NCBI RefSeq assembly: GCF_963506605.1
Contig: NC_083277.1
Coordinates: forward strand, 95,294,001 to 95,358,000
Direction: 5' to 3'
DNA length: 64,000 bases
From: Zootoca vivipara
Lineage: Eukaryota
This document shows, piece after piece, positions 47,512-60,400 of the stretch (position 1 is its first letter; every line of letters begins with the position of its first letter). The notes beneath the pieces were generated by a model. It was not told the origin of the DNA. It saw only the letters and a program-made list of their open reading frames with translations, and made no database searches. The position numbers and the translations under genes are program-made.

Positions 47512-50151
47512 CTCTATACATTGAAAGCACTATGATACCAGTTTAAACAGTCATGTCTTCTTCCCCCAAAGCATTCTGGGAACTGTGGCTTCTTAATGGT
47601 GTTGAGAGTTGTTGGGAAACCCCTATTCCCCTCAAAGAGTTACAATTGCCAGAATTCACTGGGTAAAGGGAGTGATTGTTAAACCCCTCTAGGAATTGTA
47701 GCTTTGTGAGGGAAATAAGGTTCTCCTATCAACTTAGCACCCTTAACTTCCCAGGATACCTTGGGGAAAGCCATGACTGTTTAAAGCAGCATGATACCAT
47801 ACCCTCCAACATTTCTCCGATGAAAATAGGGATGTCCCATTCCACAGTGATAATTTTACTATTTATATCCACACATCTTACTGGGTTGCCCCAGCCACTC
47901 TGGGTAGCTTCCAAAATACATAAAAACATAATAAAACATTAAACTTTTTTTTTAAAAAAACTTCCCTATACAGGATTGCCTTTAGATGGCTCGGGGGTTG
48001 GATAACTCCATACCCTCCAATATTTCTCCAATGAAAATAGGGACATCCTAAGGAAAAATAGGACATTCCAGGATCAAATCAGTAACCAGGATGGCTTCTC
48101 TAAACCAGGGTCGTCCCTGGAAAATAGGGACACTTGGAAGGTATGTCATACTGTACTGCTTTAGATGTAAAGTTCAGATGGGGTCTGAGTTGCCTAAAAG
48201 GAAGGTTTCTGCATAGCTACACGTCACAGGAAACTTCACTCTACATATGCTTGCCTCACTAACAAGATATATTACACTGCAACCTATATCAGATTTATAC
48301 TAAAGTAGCAAGCTTCTATTTCCCCAAAGAATCTTGGGAACTGTAGTTTGGTGAGACAGCACTAACAACTCTGTCAAATAACCTATTCTCCCTCAGGACT
48401 ATTCCCAGGATTGCCTGGAAGAGGAAATGTCTGCTGAACCAATTTAAAGCTGAAACCTTACATTTGCTAACCTAGGAGTAAACCCCATTGAACTCAGTGG
48501 GATCTCCTTCCAAGTAAACATATTTATGACTGCATTGTGCACCTGCAAGCTTAGACCTGCTACATCAGCCCTCCCCAACCTGTGGCTCTGCAGCGTGTTG
48601 CTGGACTCCAACTCCCATCAGCCCCAGCCAGCATGACTAATGGTCAGGAGTGATGGGAGTAGTAGTCCAATAACATCTGGTGGGCCCCAGGTTCCCTATC
48701 CCTGACGTAAAAAAAATGCTGATTCCTAGGGAAACTTCAGTGGATGGAGAACGGTAGAAAGGGGGAAGAAAGTAGAATTATACTTCTATAATGGAAAACA
48801 AGCAGTTCTAACATAGCACTGGTCTGGCAGTTTATAAGAACTAGCAAAAGAAGCGCAAAAAAATGTATTCATCTCCACCATCTCCAACAAGTGTAATCTA
48901 CCAACTGCAATGTATGAACCCAACACGATGACTTGGCGCGATACAGGAAATTGCATCTTCCTGTCACATGGGCGTGCCACTAGCATCTCCACAGATAAGC
49001 AAACAAAAACCCACAGCTAGGATGAAGACGCTGTACTTCTGTTTGGTTCTCTAATCCACAGGAGAGCTGTATCGCCAGAACTGTGCTTCAGGTGGACAGG
49101 ATTTGGTGGGGTGCTGTAGTGGTGATAAGAAGCTAAAAGGACAAGGGGTGAGTTGCTTCCTTTTTCAGAGGCTGCATGCAACACCATACATTTAAATCAC
49201 ATTTAAAGCACATGACTTGCCCCAAAGCACCCTGGGAACGGTATGGAGGAAACTGTAGCTTGCCAAGGGGTGCTGAGAATTGCAGCTCTATGAAGGGTGA
49301 ACTATAGTTCCCATGATTCTTTGGGGGGAAGCCATGTGCTTGTGTATGGTGTGTATACATGCAAGAGTACAAAGTGAACATGTAGCCTTTATTTCAGCAG
49401 GAATAGTACAGACCGGGGTGAACAGTTGTTCTTCTGTGCCCAACTGACCCACGTAGATGTGTGAAGATCCTGTGAGAGGGAACAGCCACCTAAGGGAAAA
49501 ACAGAAAGTAAAATTAAGTACCAGTGATACTGTTTTCTCTCTCTTCCATTTCCTCTCAGTGGTGGTGACTCAGCAGACAGCTGACCTGAGGACTGGGGCT
49601 GTCTGTGTAAACTGGAATGTGAATAGAACTGCACCCAATAGCTGCAAATTGGCTCTAACTGGTGCGCATTGTTTATCACAACACAGCATTAGGATAACAG
49701 TAAACTGAAGGCCTGTTGATGCTTCCTTTCTAGAGTTGCACTCTAGGAAAGAGGCATCAATATCTCTTAAATACAGTATTATCTTAGCATGGTGTAGCCC
49801 CCCCCTCCCCTCACAGTAAAATTTGCCCCATCCTTTTTTTAAAAAAAAGGGCTGTGATATGCTTTTAGGAGGCTGTTCAAGATTCTGGGGTTGTTGTTTA
49901 TTTAAATGCTTCACCACAATATGCACCTGTAAATGTGAAAGAGTCATTTCGTCATTTTACTGGCAGATGTTGAAATCCTAATTTACTTTGGGTATCTTCC
50001 CAATTTCCTGTCAAACATGAAGAGGAACAAATTAGAATTTAGGCTGTAATTGCGGCCTAAAAGGGAGTCATGGGACATTAGGAGTGTTGTGTGGTATTTT
50101 TGTGGTCTGCAGCTAACAAATAAATTCAAATGATAATGGAGGTATCAGGTA

Positions 50152-50392
50152 CAGTGGTACCTTGGGTTACATACGCTTCAGGTTACATACGCTTCAGGTT
50201 ACAGACTCCGCTAACCCAGAAATAGTACCTTGGGTTAAGAACTTTGGTTCAGGATGAGAACAGAAATCGTGCTGTGGCGGCACGGTGGCAGCGGGAGGCC
50301 CCATTAGTTAAAGTGTACCTCAGGTTAAGAACAGTTTCATGTTAAGAACGGACCTCCAGAACAAATTAAGTTCTAAACCCGAGGTACCACTG
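50152..50392. mobile_element. Tc1/mariner MITE
   Basis: TA|CAGTGGTACCTTGGGTT...AACCCGAGGTACCACTG|TA. Confidence 0.85.
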
Positions 50393-50750
50393 TATTCAGG
50401 TTGAGGGATCATTTTTAAGTTCAGACCCGGGGGCTAAATTCAGCCTTCCAGGCCTCTCTTTATGGCCCCTGGAATTCTTCCTAGGCCATATTCTTCACCA
50501 ACCCTGCTCTGCACCCCCCTAGTGTTTTTGCGTGGCTTGGAAAGTGTCCTTGAATAGAGAAAATATTATTTGTTTGCCTGGATAGAGAGGTGTGCATCTG
50601 TATGTAGAAGCCTTTGAGTTTTGTGTGGCCGGAATGCAGCCTACTGTATAAAGGCAAAGCTATATGTACACATTACCATTTACTCTGGCACCAGTGTGCT
50701 TCCACCATTGGTGGAATGTACAGATGTTGGCCACAATCTATCCTGTAGTT

Positions 50751-50885
50751 CAGGCATAGGCAAACTCAGCCCTCCAGATGTTTTGAGACTACAATTCCCA
50801 TCAACCCTGACCACTGGTCCTGTTAGCTAGGGATCATGGGAGTTGTAGGCCAGAACATCTGGAGGGCCGAGTTTGCCTATGCCTA
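50751..50885. mobile_element. hAT-type MITE, related subfamily
   Basis: TIR CAGGCATAGGCAAACTC, 8-bp TSD CTGTAGTT. Confidence 0.9.
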
Positions 50886-51463
50886 CTGTAGTTTCTTGAG
50901 AAATATTGCTGTTTGATGCATTTCCCCTCAAACCAGCTTCTATCTGATTTGAAAACATAAGCCACATTCTCAAAAAATTGTATTAATTTTGGTTATGATT
51001 TGTTTAAAAATTATGGAAAATCAATAAAATAATTTGGCAAAAAGAGAGAAAACGTAAGCCACATTCACTTCACAGTTAAGCTGAGGTGAGTGCGTTTGAG
51101 AGATCCACTGCACATGCACAGATGATAGCTTCATAAAGAGGAGTTTGGGCTGGTGGTAGCCGCGGTCACATAGGAAACAAATAAAGTAATGTCCCGTGGT
51201 TGAAGACATCCCCGTTCCCTCTCTGGTGTGCAAATGTGACTTAAAATGCAGCAAGGGGGAAATGACCTCACTGCTTTATAAGCCACTGGCTTGTACATAG
51301 CCCAAGAGTCACATCTACTTTTGCCTCTGGCCCTGCTCACCTTCTGTCCTCCAGAGGGTTATCTGACCTAAGGCTGAAAAAGGTTCCCCACATCTGGTTT
51401 ACTCTGTGCCCAGGTCCCCACACCTTAACACGAGCACACTTGTTGTTTCAGGGATCTCAAGTG

Positions 51464-54400
51464 ATGGATGGCACCCAGGTCCTGAGGCACAGACTTGCCC
51501 AGCACGATGTTCTCTCTGATTCCAGCACAGAAGACTCCTTGGAGGAACTGGGTAGCCAGGAGTTGCTGCTCAGGGACTTGCCCTGCTCCATGAAGGAGAA
51601 GCGCCTCCTCAGGTCTGGGGCAAGGTCACATGGGAAAACATCCTTAGTATGTACTGTAATTGATTGTAATTGTGCAGGCTGGTTGCTAAAACCATGCAGT
51701 ACTTCGCAAGAAAAGGCACACAAGTTTTGTTCCTCCTTCCCTTCCTTCCCAAAACAGAGCTGGTTTGTTTCTTTTATAGATACATAGCTTTAACTCAACC
51801 AGGTGGTGTAAAAGCCTGTGGATTTTTGGTGGCCAACTATACAAAGGGAAGAGTCACAGTCATTGTTCCACTCACAGTTGCCCTTGGCTCCGCCTATCAG
51901 CCCTGGGATGCCTCTGCACAGAGGATTGCGCATGCAGGAATGTAGCCCCCCCCCCTCGAACTGAAAAAGCTCCCCCAGCCCGCTGTAGCAGGTTCTGATA
52001 TGGCACAGAAGCATCAAAGAAGTACAGATAATAAAATAAAGGATTAGTGGGGCTTGGCAGGGCAGAGGAACCTACTGACTAAAAATAGAAGAGTATCAAA
52101 AGGGAGACAGGTAAGTGCAGATATTCAACGAGAAAATGGGGTGGGATGTGTGGTCCTCTCCTAACCTCATCTCCCAAAGCTTCACTGATTCAGAAGGCCC
52201 CTTCTAAACTCAACCCACTCTCCCTTGCACAGGCAGCTGAGAGCATCCACAGGGAGAGATGTGTCCGGCTGGGTGGGCTGGAGACAAAGACAATCCAGGG
52301 CCCAGAAGCAGTTTCAAGAAGGAATCTGGAACCTTGTCAGGATCTTCCAGCTCTGGAAACCTCCCCTGGATGAGATTGGAGGTAACAGTAGGGAATGGTT
52401 TTTCACCTTTAAAAGTTCATCTACCCAAGGAATGTCACTGGGGTATCAGTTCGGTCCAGTGGCAGCAAACAAGGTGGTGGGGCTACTTCTAAAGGGAAGA
52501 TGGGTGGGATCAGAGGCAGATTTAGGCGAGCACAACTGGTTCAGTCACACTGGGTGCAGAACCTCAGGGGCAACGGAGGGGACACTGCAATTATGCTTTA
52601 GAATGGAGTGCAAGAGGCTGGGGGTGCCACATTTTGGCACTCCACAGGGTCATTTCACATTGAAACCCAGGGTCCACCACTTGTAGGACCACTGGCAGAG
52701 GAAGAGGAGTGCAGGGGGAGTGCACCGTCCCTGGCAGCGTGATCCCGGCGGGATGCCATTGCGGCTGCCCCCCCCCAACACGCTGGGTGCCACGACCCTG
52801 CAGGCGGCACACCACACCCCCGGACACACGCCAGCCCTGCCCCTGCCTGCTCCACCACCACCACCCCGCGCCGGAGCATGAAGCTCCGCCACTGTAGGAC
52901 GTCAAATCAACAGCTACACTTGAAGAAAATATCAAGTTCTCTCTGTGTTGAGAAGGGACTTGGTTTTATAAATGGCAGGGGATGCTGGTTATATACTGTA
53001 TACATTACTAAATACAGCAACTGGACTACTGATAACCTATCTCTAATTGGTGTGAGGCAAGGGAGACCTCTGCAGGCTGGCTGACCACATGGTTTGTGGA
53101 GAAGAAAAATAAATAAATCTTGCTTTCCTCTAGCAGAGGGTAACCATGGGGTTGTGGATTTGTTGTGTACATTAGGAAGGGGAGGCAGTTTGTAAGGCTG
53201 ACACTTCTCCTACCCACTTTGGTTATTATGCTCATTGATATGTGTGAACAGTTTCAAAATGCAAGGTAACTTCTGCTTGACTGGCACTGAAGTAGACACA
53301 GCAGGCAGAATCCCCCGTCAGACCAGGTAGGAACTAGCCACGTAGCAATACTACATGTGAATGAATAAAGGGCTGTGGATCTGGGACAGAATTTATCCTG
53401 TGTGACACTTTCATCCTCCCCATCCCCTCTGATGCCTGTCTGCTTGCCTTTCTGTGTTGCCCACTTTTGCTATCCTCTTCAACATACTGTACAGGGAACT
53501 TTGGTCCTGGCATCCAGTCCTACTTTACCTTCCTGAGGTTCCTGCTCTTCATCAACTTCCTGGCTGTGCTGCTGGCCACAGGCTTCATACTGTTGCCTGT
53601 TACCATTTCTCAAAATACAACGATATTTCCTACAGGTCTAAGTGCAGGTGAGTCTCTGCTGGTGCTTCCAAGAGCATTTGTGCTTTCCCCAACATCCCAT
53701 CTGGATTAGATCCTATACTGACATCTAAGTGTCAGAGTGTCTAGTCAGTGCTATAAATCTACCCAGTCTTTCCCCCCAGATCCTGAATGCATGAAGTACA
53801 GCAGTAACGTCAGTTATCGTTCTGCCTGGCAACGATTCCAAGATATCTTCACTGGGGAGGTGAGTCTGCTGGAAATAGAGTCTGGAGTTTACTGTGCTGG
53901 AGAGGGGAGGCTGATGGAGGTGCAAATGCTGCCTAAGCAAGGGGTTATAGTTGGGGGGGGGGGAGAGAGGTGAAGAAGAAGAATGGACCAAAATGGAGCA
54001 GTTGGGAAGACAAATATAGCTTGGAGTTGAGCAGGAAGGATAATGTTGGATTAATGGGTGGTGGTTCTTATCCAAACTTTGTACTCACTGCATTCTATGA
54101 TTCAAACTTAGAAAGTCATTAGAAAAGTATTATGGCAGTGGACAGGAAGCAGTGGCCCTCCAAGTGCTGTTGGACAGCGACTCCAAGGGGCCCAGCCAGC
54201 ATGGTCAATCAGTGGTTAGAAGTGAGAGGAGTTGGAGTCCTGCAAGCATCTGAAGGACCCACAGGTTCCATACTCCTCTGTTATGAGTTGGGTTAACCTG
54301 CAAGCATCAGGATGTGGCCCAATCACCTTCTAAATTGGCGGACGGTCTGGGAATCAGCATGTTTTTATATGAGTAGAATGTGTCCTTTTATTTAAAATGC

Positions 54401-57400
54401 ATCTCTGGGTGATTTGTGGGGCATAGGAATTTGTTCTCCCCCCCCCAAAAAATAGTCCAGGCCCCACAAGGTCTGAGGGACAGTGGACCGGCCCCCTGCT
54501 GAAAAAGTTTGCTGACCCCTGGTTGTAATTTCCTCTTATCTTCCATCCTTAGGGCTTTCTGGAGTATTCGTACCTATTTTATGGTGCTTACCATGTGACA
54601 CAGGATAGCAAGAACCGCTACAATGTACACTTAGCATACCTGCTTAGCATCCTGGGATACTTCTTTGCCTGCCTCATTTGGATCCTCCAGAGGTAAGGGC
54701 CCTGATGATGGCTGAGACCCAGGCCTTTCTAGCAGGGGTTTGGAAAAGGGAACAGGAGAGAAGCAAGGAATTGCAGGGCAAGGGAGTGGATTCATGAATA
54801 GGGATTTACATACACAATGGCTTATGATGACACACTTAAAATGCTGACTCTTTCCTTGTAGTAATTCAGTAGGTTGTATACTCCACATATCTCACATACG
54901 GTCAGAATAACATTTCTCTAACCCAAGGAGAACATATCTCTAACCCAAGGTCCTCCAGGTGTTACTAAACTTCAGCTCCCATTGGCCCCATTGGCAGCTG
55001 TAATTCAGCAACATCTGGAGGGTTGCAAGTTCCCCAACTTCTGCTCTAGCCTATTCCTGGCATGTTCAAATTCCCCGGGAATGGAAATTATACACCTTCT
55101 GTTGGGAGCATATCCCAGTGCCCAGTCATTCTCTCAGAGTGTTCGATCTAATCAGACATTGATGGGCAAAAATCTTTTCTTCTTCCTTCTTCACTCCCTA
55201 CCTTTTCTCCAGTAAGTCTAGCATTTATTCATGTTACAACTACATTCTGTGTGTTGAGATACTGCCATAGGGATCAGCTCAGTCTTCTTGAGACTCTGCA
55301 TCCCTAACTCATTCCCATCAAATTTTCCTACTATTCCCAGAAAACATTCCGACTCTGAAGCATCACTAGGTAATCCTCCTCCAGCGGACCAAGCTAATAT
55401 TCCTAAACTGTTGCATCTTTTCTGCCTTCATCACCCCCTGCAACTGATTTGCACACTTTCACATCATACCATACATCCCTGTGCAGACTTGCGGTCTCCT
55501 GCTTTCTGGAAACTGGGTGTTACTCCAATGTTGATTCACATATATTGGGCTGCACCCGCCGCAGTGACATAGTGGAACTTATTTTGCAACACATTGAATT
55601 CTATATACTGCTCGGGGCAAAGGAATTAATTTTCTAGGAGAAAAGTCTTGTTTGCCTATGACAATCTTCACTCCTGTCCCAATATTCAGGATTGTAGCCA
55701 GCATGGCCCGGTGGCAGATGCTGCGGTGGAAATTCAAACCACGTGTCAGTGCCAGGATCTTCACAGAGTGGGATTTCTGCATCCAAAGCCCAGAGGCAGC
55801 CACCCTCAAACAGAAGAATATTTACAATCACCTAAAGGTACATGAAAATTGCCTATGGGGTTTCATGATAATTTGCTCATGTCCTCAAAAGTCCCACCTC
55901 TTTCACTGTGTCATTCTTTCAAGTATGTATACACATCCAGTCATTAAAAAATATTTTTGGACAAAACCTCAGCCTTTGCCTAAATTTGGCGGAACTGGCG
56001 GAAACAAACCAGGGTTGAATCCAGTGTTGTACAAGTGGCGTTCTGCTTGCATAATGAGGCTTCCTTTTCTTGTGTTAACCCCCCCCCCAATCTGCTCTGA
56101 AAAGCTCTCCCAACCCCCTGGAGCTGATTTTGAGGGGAGAGGTAGAGGAAGTTCTGTTGCAGGGCCGGCTCTAGGTAGACCCCCGGTGGCGCGGTGCGCC
56201 AGGGTGCTGGGCCAGTAGGCAAAGCCGCGCGGAACCCATGCTGCGCCCTGCGAAGGCGGGGGCGCCGGAGCGATCTCCGCCCCTCAGCACCAGGGCGCGC
56301 GACCTGCTCGAGACTGCCCTGTTCTGTTGCATGCATAGAAGTCTATTGCACAAGTGGAACTGCAAAATTTGACAAAGGCACCATTATTTTCTTTTCTTCA
56401 GGCCCTGTCATTTCCTTGCTTATTTTACTTGTAAGTCAGGCAGCAACAATTAACAATACCTGTCTTGGGCGAAAGCAAAGAGAACAAGCATTGTAGGGGC
56501 AACAAGCAAAGGGAAACAGGAATCATACCCTTTAATTCCTGTTCCCTCCTCAAAGAACATTTCCCAAGGTGACAAGGGATTGTTTCAGTCATTCTTTCTA
56601 GCCTCAGATTATTATGTCCCTTCTGTGCTCAAGGTGTTATGGCTCTCTTGGGCCGTGCATGCCTACTGGATTGGCTGGGTATTCCCTCTCCTTTGCATGC
56701 TGAAGCACTGGAAGCAAACCTCTCCTCTGCATGCTCAGCTGCACAAATAGCAAGTGAGCAACTCGGTTTCTCTTCGCAGATAGACCTAGCGGAGCAGATC
56801 CGACATTTGCAGAACCAACAGCGCACACGGAAGCAGCTTGCTAAGCTCTACCTGCTACGCCTGCTGATCAATGGTGTCATCTTGCTACTGACGGGGGCTG
56901 CTTTCTACTGTATCCACGCAGCCACAGAGTTTTCCCAGGGGCACAGTCAAGTAGGCCAACCCTTCATCCCTTGCCAGGGTCAGAGTGGGGTTGTGGGTGG
57001 CTGTACCTCAATCCAGAACTCAGCTGTGTGCTCTTGGAAAACAGCTGCTGCAGCTGGACCAGGAATCTGGTCTAGGGTGAGGGATTAAGCCTGACACGCA
57101 GTAAGAAGAAGGTATTGCTCTGAAAATGCAGTAAGTTTGGTGGTCCTGGCTTTTTGCACTGTGTTTTGGTACTGAGTGGCCAGGAAATATTCCTCTGTGT
57201 TTTGATTCTAGGCAGAAATGTGCCTCCTCATAACAAATCCCTCTCTGTACTCCCAGAAAAATGCTGCCAGCCTTGATGTACTGAGCCAGTACCTGCCACC
57301 AATGGTCATCTCCATAGTGAATGCCATCCTGCCTTTACTTTTTCATGTATTGACCCAGTTGGAAGGCTACTCTCCTAATACTGAAGTCAACCTCACCCTA

Positions 57401-60400
57401 ATCAGGTAGGTGTTTTCATCTTGGTGGGGAACCTGGGGCAGATATATTTCTTGTGGTATAAGGGATTTGCAGGGTAGGCCTTAAATTACTTTGAGCAGCA
57501 AGCAGAGTTTTTCATGCTTTGTTTTAGTTTCGCTATTCTCTCTTTCTAAGTTGGGAAGCACTAGGTGGCCCAGTCGGTCATCAAGCCCAATATCATTTAT
57601 TGTAAATATGGCAGTGAAAGTATAAGGGAAGAAGCAAAACAATCAAGAAGGGATTGATACCCCTTACAATGGCACAACGATTCAAGCGGGCAAACGGGAA
57701 CGCAGTAAAATCAATACTTCCCGAGACAGGCGGATGCAGACAGCAACAATATATATTTTTAAAATTTGTATTATATTGATTCCCGTTGACAAATAGTAAA
57801 CAAAAAGAAAACTTGAGTGCAGTTCAAAAAAGATTATTATATTTTCATGGGAAATGCAGTCATGTAATGTATGTGTTTATGAACATCAGCAATGGATTTT
57901 TAATATACCTTAGTTCTTTTACTGTCATAATTCCCCCATTCCTTTGTCTTCCTAAACTAATAGGATAGTGGTCGACTAAATTGTGCTCAAAGTAAACCCT
58001 TCAAAATAAATGACTCATTGATTTAAATCGATCTACTCTGAGTAAAATTTAGTTGAATGCCACTCATAATAATTACAATTATAATCCCATAACGCAAAGA
58101 ACAACCAAATATATACAGATTTAAGATATGCAATGCAACAGCTGTTGTACAAAAATATATTGTGGAACGTGAAAAAGATCCAGATCTTTCAGAAGTTTTG
58201 AAGTGCAAAGTGCATCAGGACCAAACAGCACCCCAATTTAGGGACAGATGTGTGGGGAAATGTGTGGTAAAATGGCTATTTGGATCCATTCATGGTCAGG
58301 TGGTAATCCCAAAAACTGGCTTATATGGTAGGATTAGTGGGGTGGAAACCAAGTGTAAGGTGCAAGCCCAATCTCTCTTGTGGTCTCCCACAGGTGTGTA
58401 ATTCTGAAACTGTCCAGCCTGGGAATGTTCATGTTCTTCTTGGGACGCAGAGTGCTATGCATAGGGAGCGGCAGTGCTGCTCAGTGCCACCAATGCGGTT
58501 ACAACAAACTCTATCAGGTGACATGGGAGTGGATGGGATATTTCAGCAGAACTTTTCCTGTTTAGAGCAAATGTGGCCCAGGCATAATGTGTTCGGATAT
58601 GAAGTATTCTAAAGCAAGGTATCATTAGTCTGCATGGCAAAGAGCTAGTTAGCCTTGACTTGATGCAGTGACAAAAGTATACTTCACCTTTAAGCACCCA
58701 GCTGCATAACTTGGTTTTCAATCTCTAGAATGGCTCTTCGGCTGTCTAGACATCTTTGAGTATTCCTTTTCCTGGTTTTTTTTGTCTGCGTGTCAATGTA
58801 TCATTTTTCACTTATTTCATAGATTCCAACTCCATCCCCCTCCCCGCCAACACACACCTTGTTGGGTCCCAATTCCAGCAATGAGGAAAGCCTGGTTGAT
58901 CATTAGCAATTAAAGTCTGCCTGATTTGGGGTTATTAATGTGTTACAAATTTGCAACTTATACAACAATTCTCCATAGATTCTATTACCCATATAACGTT
59001 GTATTGTGCATGCTTAATGTGAACTTAGGGCATATCTGCCAAGTTATCCCTTTTTTTAAGGGAAATTCCCTTATGCTGAATAGGCTTCCTCGTGAGAAAA
59101 GGGAAAACTTGGCAGCTATGACTTAGGTTTTTTGCGTTTTTTTGCATTTAACACCATATACTGTGCTATGCTTATAATAATGTGTCTGACATGTCTAGGA
59201 TTCCTTTTCCCTCTTCTCTTTCTTTTTTCCTTCCATATACACATCATTAGACATTATCTCTCCCCTGATTGTGCATGCAGTGCTGGGAAACCCACATTGG
59301 ACAAGAGATGTACAAGATGACCCTCTTCAGTTTCTTGACCACCTTGGCATCTGCTTTCCTTATCAGCCTGCCCCGGAGGTGAGGCAAGAGATGAGTGCCC
59401 CATCTCTCCTGGTTTCCTTCATTCTTGGCCTAACCCAGGGCTTTTCCATACTTACCTTTTGCCCGCTCTTTCCAGGCACAGGTCTGCACTCTAAAGCTCT
59501 GTGTCTGAACACACCTTTTTGTTCCAGAGCTTTCCTTGTGAAATCTTTAAAGCTGTATCGGAGCAAATGGCTAATCGGGTTTTCCATGGATTGCCGTGTA
59601 CTCCAACTGAGCTTTAAAGAGTGGGTTTTCCTGGGAAAGCTTGAGAGAGAGAGAAAAAAGGGGGTGCTTGGATGCAGAGCTTTAAAGTCTGGCAATCCCT
59701 GGAAAGCACGAAGGGGATTCAAGTGTGGTTAAGCCCTCATTCACCTTTTTCTTTCCACAAATGGGCAGACCATTCCTTCCTTAGGAAAGTATTATGTATG
59801 GCAGGGATAGCGAACATGATCCACACCATACATTGTTAGACTATAATTCTCATTGTCACTGGCCACTGGCTGGATTGGCTGGAGGTGATAGGAACTGGAG
59901 CCAAAAAACAACAACACCCAAAAGGCACCACATTGACTACCCCTTATCCACAGGTATTTATCTCATCTTCCTGCCTCCCAGTAGTGATGCCAGGTGGTCC
60001 AGTTGCAGGGTAGCTGTCATTGGGCAGATGCATGCTCTGCATTCAAAGCATATTCAACACACATGACCTCCCCCCAAAGAATCCTGGGATCTGTATTTTA
60101 TTAAGGATGCTGGAAATGGTAGCTTTGTGAGGGGGAAACTTGACTTCTTTGGGCCAAGTCATATGCTTTAAATGTAGAGTGCGGGTCTGCCCATTGTATC
60201 ATTGTTGACTGCAGGGTGCTTTTAGTAAAGGAGGATAGGCATATGTGCTCCCTATGCAAAAGAGGCAGAATTCAGTGGCATTGATACCCAGCTGCAGTTA
60301 TTGGAAGAGGTTATGCCTGCCTCTGAATTCATTTTCTCTCTCTCTTTCTCTCTTTCAGACTGATTGCTAAGCATTCCTCCTGTGGACTGGCTCAGTGGCT

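Noticed and set aside
40000-51400. Additional protein-coding gene between TMC6 and TMC8
   Set aside because: No recognisable domain or phase-consistent exon chain; ORFs are short and repeat-derived.
51421-51451. CCTTAAC U12-like branch site before the first TMC8 coding exon
   Set aside because: No RTATCCT-type donor found upstream; compatible with an ordinary U2 branch point.
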